A DNA stretch of 60,851 bases, counting the filler, from Nemertoderma westbladi (taxonomy: Eukaryota > Animalia > Xenacoelomorpha), in NCBI GenBank assembly GCA_032718475.1. It is 3 parts of 3 records of this genome, joined end to end, with 100 filler letters (N's around TTAATTAATTAA, not from the genome) between each part and the next. Parts side by side here need not be neighbours in the genome. Positions count along the whole stretch, not along the records: positions 1 to 30,683 come from JAUCBJ010004580.1; 2 more parts are not named here. One strand, given 5' to 3'. Numbering within the stretch: the stretch's first letter is position 1; every line of letters begins with the position of its first letter. Position numbers and translations under genes: made by a program. The notes under the pieces were generated by a model. It worked only from the letters and a program-made list of their open reading frames with translations. It did not search any database and was not told the origin of the DNA. Of this stretch, positions 12,771 to 24,054 are shown piece after piece.

Positions 12771-14112
12771 GGCTCAATGCAGTTCCGACAGTCCGGTACC
12801 TACACTTTTTCTTACTTGTACTGCAGTACCGGTACTGTTGCAAACCACCTTTAGTCAGACAGTTACCGGTACACTGTCATACTGTCATAGGCCTATCATA
12901 ACCATTTATTCTTGTAAAGATGGTTTGGTTTATTATTTTGGTTAGGGTTAGTTGGTCAGGCCTCAACTGTAACCAGCGAGTTTCATACACTGATACAGTA
13001 TAAAAATCCAATGGCCTTGTAGGTACCCCAAACTGCATATTCCCTGCAGTTCAGTGTCAGCACTTAGAAATTAGTAGGTTCAGTACTTATAAATTTTATA
13101 TAGATCTTTACATTTTATTATACTTAGGCCTAATCAGCTAATGGTGGCTGGTGTACTGGGACTACCCGTCTATCCACCATCTGCACATTGCATGCATATG
13201 ATACCATGAACACCATTTCGTTATTATTATTTTATTTACTCCCAGTATTTCACAATTATTATATCATGTATTATCAATTTATAACGGCATGTCTTTGTGC
13301 GGGGTTCTATCAGTCTATCGCTTTTGCGTACCGATGGATGTTAGTGTATCGTACTGTCGTACTGCCATATACATGATTGCTTTGCCCAGTTGCCACTGAC
13401 TTCTTACTACAATCAGTATCGGTATTTTTTGGGTTATAGCTTATAGAGTGACTAGGGGCAAGGGGTATTACAGGAACTGACTGTCTGACCATGTGACTAC
13501 TGACTGTCTGACCATATGGTTTCCCTCAATTGGTAAAGTGATCGTTTATTGTTTTGGTTATAAAAGCTTGCCTCTGTAACCGCTCCTTTCCCTCAATTGA
13601 GTGTTTCAGTGTTTCTGAAAACCAACGGCGTTTTGGACACTTTTGAAAAAAAAATGTCCATCGGTACGCTATTGTGACTTCCCCTTGTGCGGTAAATGTT
13701 GATGAATAAGAGTAAGAATTTATTGTTATTGTTATTGAAAACACAAAATATATAGTAAATAAAAAAAAGTACCGGTACTAATTCTAATAATTCGCTGGTA
13801 ACGAGGGCCAGGGCTCCAGGGGTGAAATACCTTTAGTGACTTCGTAAATACATTTTGCTATTACAAATTTATATAGTTTGTGTATTGAGAGAATTTTTAA
13901 TTTTTTGTGGCGCAATGAACTGATGAATAGTGTGTGATAATGACTAAGTATAATCGTACATACAATCACCCCAGACATTATTGATATTATTGATTCTATG
14001 TCAAGGTTGTGTTTGTTAAGTGGACAATTTAAATTTATACTGAGGTAGGCACTGTCATTGAATTATTTACTGACTTATATACAATCAGTAAATTATTAGT
14101 AAATATAAAATA

Positions 14113-17100
14113 ATGTTTACTGCATCATTAGTTCGCAATGCTACCAATAATAGGGCGATGTTGATGTGCCTGAAAAGAAGAACGCTAATTAATGGGAGAT
14201 CAAAATTTATTGTGAATGAACTAAAACTTCGGCATGCATATAGTTTATCCTTCCTAGATTCCAAGTTCCTTTATCCTCGTCGGAGTTTCTGTACTGTTGC
14301 TAACCAACATGAGATTCAACGAGATACGAAGAACTACACAAAGGGGTGTGAAACATCCGCTATTATTGGAAACATCAATCATGTGGAAGTTGGTGGTGTG
14401 GAAGAGATGCATGGGGTTAATGGTAATTCCTTGAAACAGTTATATGATGAGTTTGATCATAATATTCCCCATTATCGTTCACCCTCTGGAAAAGATGAAC
14501 TTAAAATATGGTTTAACTTGTCTCCTGCGAAAAGCTACTATAAATATGGCATAGTACTTGAAGATCAGGTACATTCTGCATTCAATCGACTTGTGAAGCT
14601 ATGTGAAAAGGGTGAAGAAAAAATTGACGAAGAATTTGTGGAATTGATTGGTTTCTGTGGTAAGGCCATGGCACATGTAACGGCAGGCAAACGTACTGCA
14701 CTAGCAGATATGTTTTGGGAGAGAATGTGTGCGTTTATAACACCTCGTCCTGAGCACTACCATGCATTACTTTGCGCTTATTGTGATAACTGCCATGATT
14801 TTAATGTTGGTGAATTTATTGAGAAAATGTCAAGTCCTGAATTCCCTCCCCGTGCCTATAGGAGTTGTATGACGAAGGTTCTCCACATATATGCAACGCG
14901 AGGTGACGTAGAAAACATGGTGCGAATAATAGAGAAGATAAAAGATGATGGGACTGCTATGGCCGAGTTTATGATGCGTTGGGTGATGGTTGGCTTTATT
15001 ATCGCTGGTGACTCTGCTTCAGCTGACAGTATTCGTGCATCGGTGGAGAGCTCAGGTGTCGTCTTGAACACTCACAGTTACACGTTTTTAATATATGCAT
15101 TTGCACGCTGTGGCGATGTCGATAATGTTAAACGTCTCATAGATGAAGCCATTGGAAAAGGGTTTACTCCTACTCACCGTGTTATAGTCACAACTATGAA
15201 GGAGCTCATACTTGCTGGTTGTCAGCGCAATGTGTGGTGTGAACTAACAAGGTACTTACATCGGACTGATAATAGTATTCAACAGTTTGTGTACATCAAT
15301 ACCATTATAGATCTATGTACGCGAGGGATGAATTTTGAGGCCTACCAGCTACTCAATGAGATACATCCGTTGTGTTTACCTCTGTCGCATTTCGCAATTG
15401 AAGCAATCCTGTCCAAGTGGGAGCTGTCCGATATGGTTATCTGGTGGAATATCTGTAATTGGCGATGCAACGTGGACACAATCATGTATTTTTCTATTGC
15501 CATAAGGCATGGCTCCATTCCTATGGCAGAGATTGCTCTCAGCATTCAGGAATCCGCCAGATTTGTTCAGGAGATGCGCTACAGACAACTTGCTCAGCTA
15601 TATGCTAGTGCGGGTAATATAGTTGGCGTTGTTGATACCATTGAACGAATGTTTAGAATGCTCAAAGTGGAATTCCAAGGCGATGGGATGCAGCGTTTTT
15701 CTCATCATCTGTCTCCGTACAGTCACCTACTCCTTCAGTATAGGACTTTACACTCCATGAGTCGTTACAAGGAATTCATTGCTAAGCGAGAAATGTCAAG
15801 TGGATACAATATAGATACGCGAATACTCCTAGTTTTGATGTCCTGCTATTGGGGGGATATCACGACTATTATTCATCTATGTAAAGAGGAGCCTTATTTA
15901 ATCTCAGTCATGTCTGATTGGGTTCCTTATCTAATTCGAAATATCTTCACTATATTCGGCGATAAAGAGAAAATAATGTTTCAGGATATGGCAACATTAA
16001 TGCTACTCCTCTCACGTGATGGGGTCTTTCAAATCTTCCAGTGCATTTATAATGGTATTTTTAATTCGAGTTTCCAGTTAGATACGATTAAATTTGAGAG
16101 GTTCATGCGAACTCTTGTTGATAATGGTGTAAACATCCGAACTTGTTCACGTGATGCTAAAAAGGCGATACTAGGGGTTCTTGGCTCTGATAAAAGATGC
16201 GCAGAAACGTTTTTACTTGTTAAAGATATCTATCAACTGGTGAATAATTCTGTATATGTTATTGAAAACCCCATGAATATTTGTGCAGAATTTGCATCAG
16301 CAATCAATAACGCAGAAAATAGAGCAAAATTGGAGGAGGTGGAATCGCTACATATTGAGAACCCGTTTCTGGATGGTTGTAACAAATTGGTTCATATGAA
16401 GATGGTGACAGAATCTGGTAATATGAAATTGTTTGATCAGTTGTGGATCGAATTTAAAAAATATAAGTCTATCCGAATTATGAGTCGCCAGGTGCCATTT
16501 TGGGTTCTCCTTATGGCCTCATTATGTCATTCTGGATATGTTAATAGGGCTCTGCTTGTTTTCGCTTTCTGTTCCCGGAATCTCCATATAACAGCTGCAG
16601 AGGGAAGGGATATGAAGTCACTGCTCAGTAAGATGCCGATATTTCTGGCCTTTGGATGTGCTGTGAACGGTGATTATGAAGGTATGAAACAACATTTCCT
16701 CGAGTTTAGGTTGGGTACTTGTTTCCTTGAAGGCAATAAAAACGTTGATTCTAAATTGGATATTGAAATGATCAATAAAACCTGGACTCTTCTATTGCGA
16801 AGGCAACTGAAGTTATTAGCCCTAGATGCACCCCACGCTGTTCCTCAAGTTATGGCCGAGTTGTTCAAAATATACCATAACAAGAATCTGGCGTCCTCCA
16901 TGTATGCAAACTTGGCTTCAAACAGCGACAGTAAAATATTGTTGGAGTACATCAGGACAGTAAGGAAATCATTTAGGAACCGGGAACGGGATCATGGTTT
17001 TATTCCAGGTTTACAGATCTTACTGAGGGTGTGTTTGACCTCCAATAATCAACAGTTATTACCTGATGTTCTTCAAGAACTATTGTTAGACATTAAACAT

Positions 17101-17391
17101 GATGAATTACATCACAATCTCGCTATGGCTATGGTTGAACTCGGGAGAATTGAGGACGCTAGGGTCATATTTGTAAATCAAATTGATAAAATAAACTTTA
17201 AATATCTGCATCATATATCGTCGCATTATTACATGTCTGGGAATTGGAATTACCTTTGTAACTTGGTTGTTGCATTACGAGATTTTGATAAAGGAGAAAT
17301 CGGCATGTCGCAGAAATTTATGAAGGAAATAATTAAACCAGCTAGTAAAATCGAGTATCGTTGTCGTCTGGTAGTTGAGTTAATAACATAA
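14113..17391 (+). CDS. LRPPRC: LRPPRC-like mitochondrial PPR protein, copy C (1092 aa, intronless)
   Basis: Intact ORF with an Arg-rich, acid-free N-terminus (MFTASLVRNATNNRAMLMCLKRR). PPR motifs PRPEHYHALLCAY and LNTHSYTFLIYAFARCGD; the C-terminal block is near-identical to copies A and B. Confidence 0.8.
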   Translation: MFTASLVRNATNNRAMLMCLKRRTLINGRSKFIVNELKLRHAYSLSFLDSKFLYPRRSFCTVANQHEIQRDTKNYTKGCETSAIIGNINHVEVGGVEEMHGVNGNSLKQLYDEFDHNIPHYRSPSGKDELKIWFNLSPAKSYYKYGIVLEDQVHSAFNRLVKLCEKGEEKIDEEFVELIGFCGKAMAHVTAGKRTALADMFWERMCAFITPRPEHYHALLCAYCDNCHDFNVGEFIEKMSSPEFPPRAYRSCMTKVLHIYATRGDVENMVRIIEKIKDDGTAMAEFMMRWVMVGFIIAGDSASADSIRASVESSGVVLNTHSYTFLIYAFARCGDVDNVKRLIDEAIGKGFTPTHRVIVTTMKELILAGCQRNVWCELTRYLHRTDNSIQQFVYINTIIDLCTRGMNFEAYQLLNEIHPLCLPLSHFAIEAILSKWELSDMVIWWNICNWRCNVDTIMYFSIAIRHGSIPMAEIALSIQESARFVQEMRYRQLAQLYASAGNIVGVVDTIERMFRMLKVEFQGDGMQRFSHHLSPYSHLLLQYRTLHSMSRYKEFIAKREMSSGYNIDTRILLVLMSCYWGDITTIIHLCKEEPYLISVMSDWVPYLIRNIFTIFGDKEKIMFQDMATLMLLLSRDGVFQIFQCIYNGIFNSSFQLDTIKFERFMRTLVDNGVNIRTCSRDAKKAILGVLGSDKRCAETFLLVKDIYQLVNNSVYVIENPMNICAEFASAINNAENRAKLEEVESLHIENPFLDGCNKLVHMKMVTESGNMKLFDQLWIEFKKYKSIRIMSRQVPFWVLLMASLCHSGYVNRALLVFAFCSRNLHITAAEGRDMKSLLSKMPIFLAFGCAVNGDYEGMKQHFLEFRLGTCFLEGNKNVDSKLDIEMINKTWTLLLRRQLKLLALDAPHAVPQVMAELFKIYHNKNLASSMYANLASNSDSKILLEYIRTVRKSFRNRERDHGFIPGLQILLRVCLTSNNQQLLPDVLQELLLDIKHDELHHNLAMAMVELGRIEDARVIFVNQIDKINFKYLHHISSHYYMSGNWNYLCNLVVALRDFDKGEIGMSQKFMKEIIKPASKIEYRCRLVVELIT

Positions 17392-19336
17392 GTAATAAAG
17401 TTATGCAGCGACAATGATTCGGTTACGGTATTTATATTTTATAGAAACACTCTATGCTATCATTACCCTAATTCAATAAATACTACTACCGGTACTATGA
17501 AGGGAGTTATTTAAATTTTGTATATTATTTGATTTAAACAAATTGTACAACAATAAACAAAATGTGTTGTTGTTGGCCGTTTATCAGTTGTATTTAAATT
17601 GACTGATAGACATTGATATAACTGAATAGTTTAGAGCAATTATTTTGAATTAATGATGTCGAATTCGTTTAGTTTTATTAAAGTTAGTCAGACTAAAGAG
17701 CCTAATTTTAATGTTTATCATGTCATTCCCTGAATCGCCCTGTATTCTTTGAAGGTACCGAAAGTTAGGGAATCTGGGCCCATGTGAAGAATACCCAGGC
17801 TTTCTGCCATTATATTTCAATTTGCAGTTACCCCCATATGAATAATACCAGGTTTTCACCAAAAACACAGGTTACAGAAGGGCTGAATCTAACCAAAACA
17901 ATAAACGTATTAGTATATTTACAGGTTATAAGACATAAATAAGCGCTACAAAACACTTAATAAAGATACTTTAAAAAAAAAAAAAAAAAATCTTCATGTA
18001 TAAAATTCCAATAAAAAGTCGACCGAAAAGTGAAATCCTGGTATTCTTCACATGTGCGTGAATCTGGAATAAGAAGATTGGTTATTCCAGGAACGAGTGC
18101 AGATGGACTGTATGAATGAAGCAGGTCATGGACTGGACATGTCAGTTTCCGTAACAGGTTGAGCTTCTGATTTCACCGTGGTAGGAATTAGCAGGAACGA
18201 GAAGTCATGTAATTTAGAACTTTATGGTTGGCCTTTTACAATCATACCAACCTTCCCATTGGCTAAACTTGCTTGACCTTAATTGTTATCACCTTTGGTC
18301 TGTCCTGACACCTGAAAGTATCTGGGGCAGTTTAGCCCACAGCGCCAGGTAATATAACCTCTTGGCCTATATGTAGAAAAAAAGACGAAATGTTAATTAG
18401 CAAGTCGTTACGACTTGATTACTGTAAGAAAAAAAAAGCTACTGGGTCTAACGATTTTGATGAAATTTTGGTTGTATCATGAAAATAGATTTCTATAGGT
18501 TCTTATGAAATCGCGGTTTATATTGAAAAATCTCAACTTGTTTTATTTCGAAAAACAGCCCCAAAACCCGAAAATTGCCATAGGCGCAATGATAAAAACA
18601 CCAGCTGGCACTTACGAAAAATGTATAGAAATGGCCTTGTAATGCATTCAATAGGAAGGGCCAACTAACAAAGAAGTACTTTCTGTGCCAAGTATTATCA
18701 CTCTACTCTAGAACCCAGACAGTAAGCAAACATTAACTGGTTTAGCTGGCTATTACAGTCTCAGCTGAATAACTCTTCCCAATGTTAATTAATTGGCGTG
18801 CAAGCTAAATGACTGTTGGTTAGTTACACAGTGTATTGTACTATGCTCTCATCGAATTATTGTTTTATTTTGAAATCTTTGTGCCAACATTAACACTTGA
18901 ACTGGTAGAAACACATATTTGTGTTTTCAGAATACAATGTTGACTTGGTCTCATGTATATATTTCGTTGTTGTGTTGACTTGGTAAAAACACAAATATGT
19001 GTTTACACTTTTATGTCACGAGCTGGTCTAACCTTTTTAGAAACAACGTTTCGAGTTGGTATGAACACAAATTTGTGTTTTATAGTAAGTATTGTCTGAC
19101 TTGGTGGGATGTTTTTTATGAGTTTTATCCCACTTGGTCAGCGTTTTTCTTTGGATATTATAATTATTTAATGTTCATGTACAAAACGTTTTCTATTAAA
19201 ATAAGGAGAAAATTGTTTTTTTTATAATAAATAAGAACTATAAATAAATAATTAATAATAAATTAAAATAGTAAATAAATGATAATGAATTAAAATAATA
19301 AATTATAATAATAATTTAATAATAATAAATTAAAAA

Positions 19337-22098
19337 ATTACTTCAGCAACTTGCTTGGGCAGCCTCCAAACATCGTGGTCAGCCCTACAAGGAAAATATA
19401 TGACAAGACACTACCTATAGAAACAGGGGACTTCACACCTGCCGAACTCCAAAGAAGCATTAAAAGCATGTCCAATAATAAAGCGAGTGGATTAGATGAA
19501 ATCCCAGCGGAGGTATGGAAAACAGGAGTGCTAAACAGACCATTATTGAATGTTTGCAACCGGATGTTAAAAGGGGAAAAGCCTCCACCAATTTGGACTA
19601 AAGGTCAACTAAAGCCTCTCCCCAAGAAAGGAGACCTCGGTATACCAACAAACTATCGTGGGATCTGTCTGCTTGTGTAGCTGCCAAAATATACAATAAA
19701 ATGATTCTATATAGGATTAGGCCTCAAATAGAGAAACTACTGTGTAAGAGCCAAAACGGATTTCGACCAAGTAGATCAACAATAGCTCAGATACTACGGA
19801 GACTGATTGAAGGAATTAAGTCAAAGAATCTCCCCGCAGTCATGACTTTTGTGGACTTCAAGAAGGCATTCGACTCCATCCATAGAGGCAAAATGCTTGA
19901 AATCCTAAGAGCTTATGGAATACCAGAAGTAATTGTTGCTGGCTGGCATTGAATTGTTATATTGTGACACAGAAGCGCAGAGGTACTCTCACCAGATGGT
20001 GAAACTGAGTTTTTCTCAATCCTGGCTCGGGTACTTCAAGGTGACACATTAGCACCATTACTATTTGTAATTGTGCTGGATTACGCAATGAGGACGGCCA
20101 CAAAGGGTGAAAATCTGGGATTCACACTTCAAGAACACAGAAGTAGTAGATATCCGGCAACTACAGTCACATACACCGACTTCGCGGATGACATCGCCCT
20201 GCTCTCTAATACGCTAGCAGATGCACAGCTTCTACTAAATAAAGTGGAGAGGGCTGCTAATGAGGTTGGATTGCATATCAATGCTACCAAGACCGAATTC
20301 ATGACCTTTAATGTTGATGGAAACTTGACAACCATTGATAATAATCAACTAAGGAAGGTTGACGACTTCCAGTACCTTGGATCATGGATAGAGAGTAGCA
20401 AAAAGGACATAGAAGTTAGGAAAGCAAGGAAAATATATGACAAGACACTACCTATAGAAACAGGGGACTTCACACCTGCCGAACTCCAAAGAAGCATTAA
20501 AAGCATGTCCAATAATAAAGCGAGTGGATTAGATGAAATCCCAGCGGAGGTATGGAAAACAGGAGTGCTAAACAGACCATTATTGAATGTTTGCAACCGG
20601 ATGTTAAAAGGGGAAAAGCCACCACCAATTTGGACTAAAGGTCAACTAAAGCCTCTCCCCAAGAAAGGAGACCTCGGTATACCAACAACTATCGTGGGAT
20701 CTGTCTGCTTGTGGTAGCTGCCAAAATATACAATAAAATGATTCTATATAGGATTAGGCCTCACATAGAGAAACTACTGCGTAAGAGCCAAAACGGATTT
20801 CGACCAAGTAGATAAACAATAGCTCAGATACTTGCACTACGGAGACTAATTGAAGGAATTAAGTCAAAGAATCTCCCCGCAGTCATGACTTTTGTGGACT
20901 TCAAGAAGGCATTAAATAAATGTTATAGTACATTATGATAATGCTCTCCATAGTGAAAAATATCAACCGCCCCTATTGGGGCTCGAACTCGGTACCTAGG
21001 TTTCAAACTTCCGGTTATCATCAGCCGAGTGTGTGTCCTAAGACCACTGAGCTACCAGGGCGGTAGAAGATTTATTCACTTTGGAGTGGGCTATCATATA
21101 TAGGCCTTTTACAGTCACTCATAGGAAAGCGCAGAGGTACTCTCACCAGATGGTGAAACTGAGTTTTTCTCAATCCTGGCTCGGGTACTTCAAGGTGACA
21201 CATTAGCACCATTACTATTTGTAATTGTGCTGGATTACGCAATGAGGACGGCCACAAAGGGTGAAAATCTGGGATTCACACTTCAAGAACACAGAAGTAG
21301 TAGATATCCGGCAACTACAGTCACAGACACCGACTTTGCGGATGACATCGCCCTGCTCTCTAATACCCTAGCAGATGCACAGCTTCTACTAAATAAAGTA
21401 GAGAGGGCTGCTAAGGAGGTTGGATTGCATATAAAATGCTACCAAGACCGAATTCATGACCTTTAATGTTGATGGAAACTTGACAACCATTGACAATAAT
21501 CAACTAAGGAAGGTTGACGACTTCCAGTACCTTGGATCATGGATAGAGAGTAGCAAAAAGGTCATAGAAGTTAGGAAAGCAAAGGCTTGGGTAGCTCTAT
21601 CAAAAAGAATACCATCTAGAAATCAGATCTCCCCAGGCACCTGAAGACTCTAAGTTCTTTCGAGCCACAGTGGAAAGTGTATTTTTATACGGGGGTGAGA
21701 CCTGGACACTGACTAAATCACTTGAACAACGAATTGATGGTTGCTATACAAGACTACTAAGGGCAGCCCTAAACATCAGCTGGAGACAACACATGACAAA
21801 CGCCGAGCTTTATGGTACAATACCACCTGTATCAACCACCCTCCGTGAACGCAGATTAAGTTTCAGTGGGCACTGCTGGCGAAGTAAAGACGAGGTCATA
21901 CCAGATCTACTTTTCTGGCAACCAACTCATGGAAAGCGTAGTCGCGGACGACCGGCCATAACATATATAGATCAACTTGAAAGGGATACTGAACTTGGGA
22001 GAAAAGAAATTGCGACAACTACAGTATGGAGAATCGGGAAGCCTGGAAGGATCTCATTTCCACTATCCGAGTTCGCTCGACTTAGTAGTAGTAGTAGT
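19337..22098 (+). mobile_element. 5'-truncated, frameshifted RTE-clade LINE with an internal ~1.04-kb tandem duplication
   Basis: RT motifs NYRGI, QNGFR, DFKKAFDS, FADD and YLGS; C-terminal RGRP motif; (AGT)n tail at 22084-22098. 19388-20424 is repeated from 20425. Confidence 0.9.
20968..21061 (-). tRNA. Degenerate tRNA-like sequence (tRNA pseudogene or SINE head)
   Basis: Minus strand GCCCTGG TAGCTCAGTGG (A box)...GAGTTCGAGCC (B box)...AGGGGC, followed by TTTTT. The anticodon arm cannot be resolved. Confidence 0.45.
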
Positions 22099-22789
22099 CA
22101 TATATTAATTGTGATTTTATTTCTCATATAATCCAATTCATATGCTATATTTTATTTTAATTAAATCCATCAGTTCTGTGTACCAAATTGTTTCTAGACA
22201 ACGATTTAATCGAATATTTTAATTTTATTTTATATTTTATTTGAACCCTTAAAGCTTAAACTGTGTACTTATTTTCCCTACGTGTAGTGTAAACTAATCC
22301 ATGTAAATTTATGTGTTCTAATGTCTTGACCTATGTTACATACCGTACTGTTTTTATAGCCATGGATTTATCTAATATTTTACAAAATGTTATCAGTTTC
22401 ATTACTTTACTAAACGTTTGCTACACGTATACTGTACATACATACATACCGGTAATACATATTATTTACTTTCAGTTTGACCTTTCCAGTAATTGGTTTC
22501 TCTATCGATTTGTACGGGTGCCATAAGCATTTAGCTTTCTTTACCCTCAACTATTAAACATAAACATTAATAGATTTATATACTGTATATATATAATATC
22601 TTGTTTGTGACAAATTTTAATAAATTGAAATTAAATTTAATTAATTAATTTTTATGTAGACCTACAGTACAATGTATATTTACAAAATCACAGATGACAC
22701 CAGTTTGTGTGATAAGATATCCCTTCACCCTAACTAAACAGATAAATAATTTAACTACTGTACAGTAGGTCCCCCAACTGGTCCTGAGT

Positions 22790-23575
22790 CATGTAATAGA
22801 AGTGAGGGTTACAGCGCTGTGGGTCTGGTGAGTCACAGAGGCCGTCTGGAGATGGTCCCGCCGTCGCTAGGATGGACGTGGTGTTACCACGTTACCGAGG
22901 CCACTGGATGGTAGCTGTGGCCTCGCTCCTTCACCTCGTTGTAGATCATGTTCTTTCGTCGTCCTGCTCCCTGCGCTGTCTACCCCCCAGTCTGGTGAAT
23001 ATGACCTTGAGCCAGAGGATCTACCACTGTGGCACCCCAGATGAGGCTTCGGCCCTGGGACCATGGTACCAGGGTCACTCCATATACCCTCTTCCCGTCA
23101 TTCCTACAGAGGCCTGAGGGCTCCAGATGGAGGGAATCCCACAGCTGACCAATGCCCGTCTCACTATGTTATTCAACATCGTATGGCGGGTGAGTCTGTC
23201 AGCGCTCTTCCGGCAGGAATATCCGTGGAGGCCATTTGCGCTATTACTGGTCTTCCACATCGATCGAAGGTGTGAGGTTCCACAACTTTGCATCCAAGGC
23301 GAGTGGCGATGGAGATGCGGAACTGGCGATGCGGAGATGCAGAGCTTAAGTTCTAATGAGGCGCTAGGAAGAGCATCGATTCAGCAGCGAACGGTGGGGT
23401 CGGTGAGGGAGAGGTCTAGGGGTGAAGCTACGAGTCGCAGAATGGCGCGACTCTCCTCGTGGACTCGTGGATAGGCTCTTTGACTCGACACAGTGGACGG
23501 GGGTGACGAATCTTGAGGAAGGGAGGCGTTGCGCATCACATGGGCCAACTCCTTGTCTGGTCCTGGAGACGCCTC
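22790..23575 (-). mobile_element. Decayed C-terminal zinc-knuckle/restriction-like endonuclease fragment of a CRE-like non-LTR retrotransposon
   Basis: GC-rich island. Frameshifted translations give IDALPS..L.L, RLGC.V..PH, GLHGYSC...[14 protein letters not shown]...GIPS and [19 protein letters not shown]. Confidence 0.6.
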
Positions 23576-23792
23576 TGCTAAAATATTTTTATTCGAAATT
23601 TATTTGTATACAATGATTCACATTTACAATTGACAGCGTGATTAATGTTAGGGGTAGCATTGCTGCGAATAATATCATTAATTGATAAAAATTTAAATTA
23701 AATTCTCAACAATTAATTCCATTGTTATTTTTAACTTTTAGGGTTTGCGGTTATATATTAATTAATTGCTTTTAAATTTTTGTTTGTTTCAG

Positions 23793-24054
23793 ATATCGTA
23801 TTCCTGGTGAGGGTGTAGTCGACGACCCGACACCAGATTACATGAACCTACTGGGGATGTTGTTCTCCATGGCGGGTCTCATGTTTAAATGGAAGTGGTC
23901 CGCTTGGGCTGCAGTCTACTGCGCCTTCATCGGGTTCTCCAACTCCAGGGCCAGCGAGGATTCCAAACAGACACTCAGCAGTTTCATGTTAAGCGTCAGC
24001 GCAGTTGTTATGAGTTACCTACAAAATCCTCAACCAATGACACCTCCTTGGTAA
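23793..24054 (+). CDS. WDR83OS: PAT complex subunit Asterix (WDR83OS), 3' coding exon; exon 1 not located
   Basis: After the acceptor tttgtttgtttcag the frame reads [26 protein letters not shown]...[13 protein letters not shown]-stop, closely matching human Asterix. Confidence 0.92.
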
